A stretch of 64,000 nucleotides of DNA from Macrostomum lignano (lineage: Eukaryota). How positions within the stretch are numbered: the first letter of the stretch is position 1; each line of letters starts with the position of its first letter. Positions 54,641 to 64,000 of this stretch are shown one piece after another. The DNA lies in the NCBI GenBank assembly GCA_002269645.1, contig NIVC01001406.1, positions 1 to 64,000 on the forward strand, written 5' to 3'. The notes below the pieces were generated by a model, which did no database searches, was not told the DNA's origin, and worked only from the letters and a program-made list of their open reading frames with translations. The position numbers and the translations under genes are program-made.

Positions 54641-55234
54641 GTAATCTTATTGATGTGATGTGGTGCAATGCTCTCAACAAGTTCCGGAAATTATGCTTTT
54701 ATAATAAGTGATTAATAGCTCATGAACCGTTTCTAGGCTGCCACATTTCACGTTTGAATGTACTCGTATGTAAAAATTGCATCTTTGTAATTTTCCATGG
54801 CTTTATTTGAAGCCTCTGATGTTTTTAATTTGAGATCGTAGCTGTTCTACATTATGCTATGATGAAAGCGAATCCATTTTTGTAATTAGTCTTTGGCTTG
54901 AGAGTTGCTTCATTTGTACACAGATACTTTGCGAGCACTTCTTACTTACTGTATAAAGTTCAAAATAATTGCAAAATTTTTTCTGGCAACATTTTATTTT
55001 GAGTGCCGTGTCGTCGGGCTGCGTTCCCGCTGCATTCGAAGCGGCTGTCTCCGTGACCTGAGGCTGCCGCATCATGAAATTTTCTTTTACGAGCGTACGA
55101 GTTACTGGATTCTGCATCGCTTTTTATACTAGTTGGAGAAAGCAATCATAGTTGGCTCGGGTGACAGGCAGCTGGATGATCAGGTGTATCACCTGCCTGC
55201 CTGCAATTAGTGATCCCGCTGACTAAAATAGGTG

Positions 55235-57105
<1,871 letters not shown>

Positions 57106-59251
57106 GGTTTTAAATGGCTGCCTTCGAGCCGCCCCCGCAGGCTCCCCAGTGGCAGGCCCGGCTCGCCAGTTAATCCAGCGAAATGCCTCCCCAAAAAAGT
57201 TGAGAGCCGCTCAAACAGTCGAGAGTCGCTCATTTGCATTGGCCAGATGGCAGTTGGAAAAACAATTCGTGGAACGATGATGGATGGCCATCGCTAGCAG
57301 CCCAGCTGCGTGTGGAGAGTCCGGTTAGCCTCGGGCCTCGAAGCGGACGCCAGGCAAGGTGAAAGAAGAAAGCAGAGGAAAGCCCGGGATAAGCCAGAGC
57401 TGCCTGGGAACTGACAGATTAGAGGAACTGGAGAAGACGGTGGGTGCCCCCTGACCAGCAGCAGCGGGTCCCTCGGAAACAAAGTGAGCGCTTCGGAGAA
57501 TAAATGAATGCAAAAAATTGCGCAGTTACAGCAGCGAGAGTTGAGCATCATTAATGAGCTGAGCACAGAACTGTCCTGTAGAGCTGAATCTAATCATTAG
57601 GGACAAGCGTGCTTCGTTCGCGCCTAAATTTGCCTAATTTGCTTTCTAATTGCTTTCGTGCAATTAATTCTCTTTTTGCCTCGCTTATTTGGCTCACTGT
57701 GGCCAGGTGTGGCAGCCAACGGTGCACCTTGAGGGCTGGGAACAACTGGTACATTGTTGGCAATTGTGGAGGGCACAGATACTATATAACTAGATAGGTC
57801 ACTCGGTTAATTTACTCTCACACTACTCTTAGGACCAGCCATCAGTAGCGAAAAATAGCCAAAATAAAAAATCAATTTTGCAAACGTGTGCTCTGGTAAA
57901 GCGGCCCTGCATGGTAAAGCAGTATTCAAGTTGTCGAGTTTGTGTCATAGACAAAACATATTAATAGCACTGCGCCGCGGCGATGCCTAGCACTTTTTCC
58001 TAAAAATATATATATATAGATATGGCTCTCTCTTCTGCTTGGTCAAGCAAAAGGGTCTTTTAGCCATAGACAACAAAAATTAACAGCGGTGCCCAGTCAT
58101 ATATATAGTAGGAGAAAGGAAACCTGCCATCGTCGCCGCTCAATGTTTTCATATCACAAAAGCCGGCCCTGGAGCGTCAACCGCGGATCTGGACGCCCTC
58201 GACTAAGAATTCGGCGACGAATTGGACGCCACCGTCCCTGCTAGGTCGTCTTTCTTCTTGTTTCTGCTACCTTGCCAGTTTGCAGTTTCGTCTCTTTTGA
58301 CGTTTTTTTCTTGTGTTTTTTTGACAATAAAATCAGCAATTTTAGATGATTTTTTTAGTATATAGGACTGTACTGTTGACAAGTATTTTGAGGTGTTTCA
58401 AGTCCTAATTGTTCAACTTATTGATGTCTTAAATGAAAGGGCGTATGTTACTGCCTATTCTGCGCAAAAATAAGCATCTTACGATCAATAGCGTACATAG
58501 GAGATACATTGAAAAATCGACCATCAATGAAATTTTCACCAATCCTGAGTCTTGCGTCTTTCTACTTAAGTAGTCCTTGAGTCAAGAATGTACACTGTAG
58601 AATATTGTGCATATGGTTGAAAACTTCATTTCCGATCGATTTCATTTTAGTCACTGATAAGAATGTTTCTAATAATTTGCATTTACACTACCGTCCTAAG
58701 AGTAGTATCATTTTTGGTCCCCACAGCGAGATAGGGAGTGACCTATCTAGTTATATAGTATCTGTGGTGGAGGGTCACATGTTCGCTCGTCCGGTAGCCT
58801 TTAGGTAGGCAGCAGAGATTCTCTGGCCTGAAAACTTCGGAGAGGCCTGTCCTGAGTAAAGGCCCCATCGCTCACTGTGGTTGCCTTTTGTAGTAAAGCA
58901 CGCTACCTGTGCGTCACTAACCGCGGCCAATTCTGCTTAACTCAGAAGCAGATCAAGAAGTGCAATCGTCAGTGCAGGTGGAGGGGGGGTTGAAATGCAA
59001 GAAGCGAAACAACAGACTGCACGGTCGCTCCATAAATGTACCTGAGCAGCCGCTCAGGTGGATGGTTGATCAGCTAATGAATTGGCCTGGGCCATCCGCC
59101 CCAGGCCAGCGACTAACTGTTGACAGACTTCATTGGCTGGGGAAGAAGGCTAAGCAGTGCTCAAGCCACCTCTGTTTACGTGAATTCCCAAGCCTGCCCG
59201 CCTCTGTGACTTGTTTCCAAGGTCTGCTCGAAGCCTTTGGTCGTCCTCTCT

Positions 59252-59282
<31 letters not shown>

Positions 59283-59789
59283 ACTCACTTTGCTCTGCCT
59301 CGCAACACACTGAGTTCCCCAACCCTCCCCATCCTTTGCTACTTCTCGGCCTCAAAATCCTCAAATTCCGGCCCGTGCAGCTACGAGAGGGAGAGAGAGA
59401 GAGTAGCAACTGGCAAGTCACACCCCCTCCCATTATTGAATCCGGCATCTCTCTTTCTTCCAACTCCTAAGGCTCAGTTCTTAAATCCCATCGCGAAGTG
59501 AGCTGCTCTATAAAGTCTAAAAGTAGGCCGGATCCTCTTAATCTGTCAATTTTAGTCAATAATTTGACACCAATCTGCCTCGCGGTAAATAAGCATTGAT
59601 ATAAAACTGGGAAATTGCATCAGTTGATAGAGCGATATCTTGCATCTGTCTGATTCACCGGCTCCCGACATGCTCAGCAGGTGAGTTGAATAGATTTAAT
59701 CATCTTATAGTAACTGTACTCAAATATATACATGAAGAAGGCGGAGAGAAGGAGAAAGTAAAGAAGAAGAGGTTAGAGAAAGAGAAAGT

Positions 59790-60525
59790 AGAGAGGAGAG
59801 GGTAGAGGGGAGGGTAGAGAAGGAGAGGGAAGAGAAGGAGAGGTTAGAGAGGAGAGGGTAGAGAAGAAGAAGGCAGAGAAAGAGAGAGTAGAGGAGAGAG
59901 TAAAGAACGAGAGGGTAGAGAGGAGAGGGTAGAGAGGAGAGGGTAGAGAGGAGAGGGTAGAGAGGAGTGGGTAGAGAAGAGAGGGTAGAGAGGAGAGGGT
60001 AGAAAAGAGAGGGTAGAGAGGAGAGGATAGAGAGGAGAGGATAGAGAGGAGAGGGTAGAGAGGAGAGGGTAGAGAGGAGAGGGTAGAGAGAAAAGGGTAG
60101 AGAGGAGAGGATAGAGAGGAGAGGGTAGAGAGGAGAGGGTAGAGAGGAGAGGGTAGAGAAGAGAGGGTAGAGAGGAGTGGGTAGAGAAGAGAGGGTAGAG
60201 AGGAGAGGGTAGAGAGGAGAGGGTAGAGAGAAAAGGGTAGAGAGGAGAGGGTAGAGAGGAGAGGGTAGAGAGGAGAGGGTAGAGAGGAGAGGGTAGAGAG
60301 GAGAGGGTAGAGAAGGAGAGGGTAGAGAGGAGAGGGTAGAGAGAAAAGGGTAGAGAGGAGAGGGTAGAGAGGAGAGGGTAGAGAGGAGAGGGTAGAGAGG
60401 AGAGGGTAGAGAGGAGAGGGTAGAGAGGAGAGGGTAGAGAGGAGAGGGTAGAGAGGAGAGGGTAGAGAGGAGAGGGTAGAGAGGAGAGGGTAGAGAGAAA
60501 AGGGTAGAGAGGAGAGGGTAGAGAG
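59790..60525. repeat. AG-rich 14/15-bp repeat (AGGGTAGAGAGGAG)n
   Basis: Direct reading. Confidence 0.92.
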
Positions 60526-61014
60526 GGAGAATGGAGCGAGAGAGGCATAGTGGAGAGAAGTAGACAGTAGGGATAGGGGGGGTTAACTACCTGCACGCCA
60601 TTGCACAGCGGTAGGGCAAGTGGGGCAGACCAAATTCTCCAGACAGCAAATAACAAAATACCGTCACTCCAAAATGGGATACGGACTTGGATACGTGGGA
60701 ATTATCAGTTGGAGAAATCCGAGATTCAAAAAATTCCCGGATTACGGCACCAGCCTGCAGTTGATAGGATTTCAAAGAGTTATCCCCCAGCACGCGATCT
60801 CTCTCTTGTCTCTTGAGCGAAAAAGGCGAACAGAATATGCACTGTAGCAGTGCAAATCAATTTGGTCAGTTTGAAATAATACACTGAAGCAATAAGCATC
60901 GGTTTAAGCCATAGACAATACGAGCCATAGTTGAAGCACCTGGATGGGCTGTGGGACACCTTCAACGCCTTCGGTGACACCGTCGCTGCACAACCAGCGG
61001 AGAGGCAATTCTGC

Positions 61015-61110
61015 CCTCATACACGCACTCATACACATGCACACTCGGTGTGTACAGCGGCCCTGACTTTCTAATCGTCAGGCATATACACTCTCTGTCT
61101 TGGGGTTTAG
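61015..61110 (-). mobile_element. tRNA-SINE family 3' fragment
   Basis: gtgtacagcggccctgactttctaatcgtcaggcatatacactctctgtc (plus strand) shared with the other copies. Confidence 0.65.
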
Positions 61111-61376
61111 TCCTCATGGCTGTGAATGCAGCTAGAATCGAACTAGGGATTGATTTTGACAGACAGTGAGAACAGGAGCTTGCTTTTATTCCCCTGCTTG
61201 TCGTGGGTGTCAAAGACTCCCCATTATAACGGCTGCCTACTCAGATTTTGATTAAACTGTCCCGCTATAGTAGCTACTTTAAGTAGCAATTTCTGCGTTT
61301 AGTAGCGCAGGTTTCTGATGGTGAGGATGCACAGAATAATGGGTAGAATTCAGCTGGAAATTTAAATGGAGTGGAA

Positions 61377-61550
61377 AGCAGCAAAGCAGCAAAGCAGCAA
61401 AGCAGCAAAGCAGCAAAGCAGCAAAGCAGCAAAGCAGCAAAGCAGCAAAGCAGCAAAGCAGCAAAGCAGCAAAGCAGCAAAGCAGCAAAGCAGCAAAGCA
61501 GCAAAGCAGCAAAGCAGCAAAGCAGCAAAGCAGCAAAGCAGCAAAGCAGC
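61377..61550. repeat. 8-bp repeat (GCAAAGCA)n
   Basis: Direct reading. Confidence 0.95.
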
Positions 61551-62969
61551 CGTCCCTCAAACCGTCAATAACGAAGCAAAATAATTTCTTAGCGCATGCT
61601 CTAGCTGGCAAAAATCTCCCCCCACTCCGCTCCCCCCAGTCCCATGGGGTGAGACAGAGAGAGAAAAGTAAAAAAAGAATCGAAATCGCTGCTCTGCATT
61701 TCCTTCATCTTTCATATTGAATTGGAGAGAGCGGTCGCACCAGCTTCACTCGCTGGCCAGCCGCCAATTCCCAGCTGGGTGACGAATGCCAAATCCTTCG
61801 CTTCTATTTCTGTCCCCAGTTACTGAGGTCCAGCTTCTCAGTAAAGAGAGAGAAGAGTGGATAAAAGAGGATGAGGAGAGGCTGCGCATGAAGTGGCGCT
61901 GGTCCTCATCGCACGTGTCCCGCTCCTAAGCGGCGGATGGGTGGTACAAATTTATGGAATTATTTTTTTACAAAAAAGAAGAGCGACTGCAGTTGCAGCT
62001 GCTCTCCGCTTTTGGTTGATATAAATTTCTCTCTCGCCCCATTCCCCTGGTCAGCCAGACTTGATGAATTGCGGGCTGCCTCGACCCGAGAAGATGATCT
62101 AAGAAAAAACTCTGTACTGGAAGGGAAACTTGTGTGTTGCAAAAAGCAGTTTCATGAGTTTTAGTACTAAAGAATTCAAAGCATCTGCGTTTCCTAAAAA
62201 CGAAGTTCAAGAAAGAAACAGTAACTTCAAAACACCTAGTCGTCCTAGAGAAGACACCATAAAGCTGGCTGCAGGTGTCCAGGTTACACGCTATAGATAA
62301 GATAACTAATTATAATAGCCAGCTGTTTGATTCAACGGACTCCTTATAAACAGGTTTCTAAAGTGGAATAAATTCTCTGTAGCTTTATTAATAATAATTA
62401 TGGGATTTGAGGTCCAAACAAATAATCAATGCTTGACAACTGAAACAGAAGGGCACAGCACTCGGGTTTCTTAGAAATGAGCTGGAAGCCGGTAAGGAAC
62501 GTACGCTCGTACGGTTTTCCGTATCGCCAGTGCATTTAGTATGCCCTAGAGAGCACAGATTCTATCTACCCTCTGCAGAGCGAAAACCCCCGGGGTTCAG
62601 ACCATAGACTATAGCTTCTGCTGCTCTCAAGACATTTAGAAGCAGCTCGTGTCTGTGGCCCAAACCCCTGGATTTTCGGTGCCCTCGGAGACACTTAAAT
62701 ACATTAGCAAATGCTGTAGTGACATACCTAGGTAATATAGAATCTGTGCTAGAGAAAGCATTGCGCTGAATGAGGTTTTGCCATAGACAAATTTGTTCGA
62801 GAAAAATCCTCGAGAACATACTTGCTTGATCCTGTGTGCAGAACTACTGATATTGTCTATGGCAAATCTCCTTCAGGTCCAACTGAAAACCCCTCGTCCC
62901 TCCAGCGTGCAGGATTGATTTTGTCTATGGTTGAACTTCATTGTCTATGACTAAAAAAGCCCACAAAGC

Positions 62970-63249
62970 CTCTCTATCCGGCCCTCGGGTCCTTTGAAAC
63001 TTCACAATAGCAATCCGGCCCCGCTCAAGGTTTGTGTCTTCTCTCAGCTCTCTTTCTCTAATCTCCTTTCCTTTCTCATCTTCCCTCTCTCTTCTCTCCC
63101 CTCATCTCCCTTCCTAGTTCTATCCCCTTCCCTCCTCTCTACTCTCATCTCTGCTCTCCCCTCTCTCCTCTTTCCCCTCCTCTCTCCTCTCCTCGTCTCC
63201 ACACCCCTGTCTCCTCCCTCTGGCCCGCGATCATAGTTAGCCGACCCCT
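62970..63249. mobile_element. Probable hAT (Charlie-like) right end with an internal CT-rich tract
   Basis: CGGCCCTCG...CGGCCCC...TCTGGCCCGCG...GCCGACCCCTG followed by TTCTAAAT; a related end (TCTGGCCCGC...TTTGCCAAGCCCTG) lies at 43198-43264; no left TIR found. Confidence 0.4.
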
Positions 63250-63704
63250 GTTCTAAATGCACCAGCAGTCTAGCGGTAGATTCTGCATTCAGTGGCAAGA
63301 GAGTTCGCAATCCGAAATCCCATAGGTTACCGAATAGTGCCTGCTCAGATACGGGCGTTAGCAACTGAGGGACTTACGTACAGAGAGGGGAAGAGAGCTG
63401 TCCAATCTAAAACCGGTCCACCCACCTCATTTAGTTTGTCGCCTCCAACACTTTGGGAAACTATATTAGTGAGAGAAAAAAGTGTCGGGGAAAATTAGCC
63501 CAGTTTTGGGGAAATTTTCAGCCTAAAGCGCCGCGTCATCTCCTCACCCATCCGGACTTTCAATTCAGACTATTGAAGTCCCGATCGGAGAAACGCAACG
63601 CCAACAGCGCAGCGGCGGCGGCGACGACGGCGGCTAACGCCAGGTCGAAGAGCAGCAACCGCAGCAGCAGCTGGGCCAGCGGCATCCGCTTGCGCACCGG
63701 CGGC

Positions 63705-64000
63705 ATGGGCTGCGGCCCGTCGTCAAGCGACGACGCTTCGGCGAGCGGCGACAGCAAAGAGAAGGACGCGGCCTCGGCTGGCGAGATCAGCATCAGGTCG
63801 GCGGTGCTCATCCAGAAGTGGTACCGCCGGTACAAGGCCCGGCTGGAGGCCAGGCGGCGCACCACCTGGATGATCTACCAGAGCATCGAGTACTCCAGCG
63901 AGTCCAGCCAGCTGCACCTGTACAATTTCTTCAACGACATGCTCAGCCTGACCGGAGTCGGCGGCGGTGGCCACCCGTCGGGAGCAGCCGCCGCGGAGCC
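63705..64000 (+). CDS. PPEF: PPEF/rdgC-family serine/threonine phosphatase with EF-hands, N-terminal part (continues past the window end)
   Basis: MGCGPS acylation-type N-terminus, then the IQ motif and conserved block [49 protein letters not shown] typical of PPEF1/2, rdgC and PEF-1; no stop before 64000. Confidence 0.88.
   Translation, partial: MGCGPSSSDDASASGDSKEKDAASAGEISIRSAVLIQKWYRRYKARLEARRRTTWMIYQSIEYSSESSQLHLYNFFNDMLSLTGVGGGGHPSGAAAAE

Noticed and set aside
57294-57600. Coiled-coil-like peptides (DRLEELEKTV; QKIAQLQQRELSIINEL)
   Set aside because: Interrupted by stops, no splice model and no recognisable family.

Overview
Eukaryotic (invertebrate metazoan) genomic DNA with GT-AG introns and a very high load of micro- and minisatellites. 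The style resembles repeat-rich flatworm genomes such as Macrostomum; this is inference only. I reconstructed six protein-coding loci by hand. (1) A 4-exon CUB-like/LDLa single-pass receptor (minus, 1348-5426). (2) A completely intronless Slo1/BK potassium channel (plus, 8104-11308) broken by one extra T in a T7 run. (3) A GT32-family glycosyltransferase (plus, 16259-17794). (4) A candidate neuropeptide precursor (minus, 23579-23863). (5) A 10-11-exon Cys-loop anion channel subunit of the GlyR/GluCl type (plus, 39499-53072), most of whose introns hold their own satellite; several satellites copy or mimic splice signals. (6) The 5' part of a PPEF/rdgC phosphatase (plus, 63705 to the window end). 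Mobile elements: a P-superfamily THAP element with 36-bp TIRs, a 7-bp TSD and a duplicated left end; a Penelope-like GIY-YIG fragment with a minimal hammerhead ribozyme; a Tc1/mariner deletion derivative with 132-bp TIRs; a hAT MITE; a retroposon with an (AAC)n tail and 14-bp TSD; about six copies of a tRNA-derived SINE; several foldback elements. All splice models and family assignments come from reading the sequence and from motif knowledge; no database search was run.
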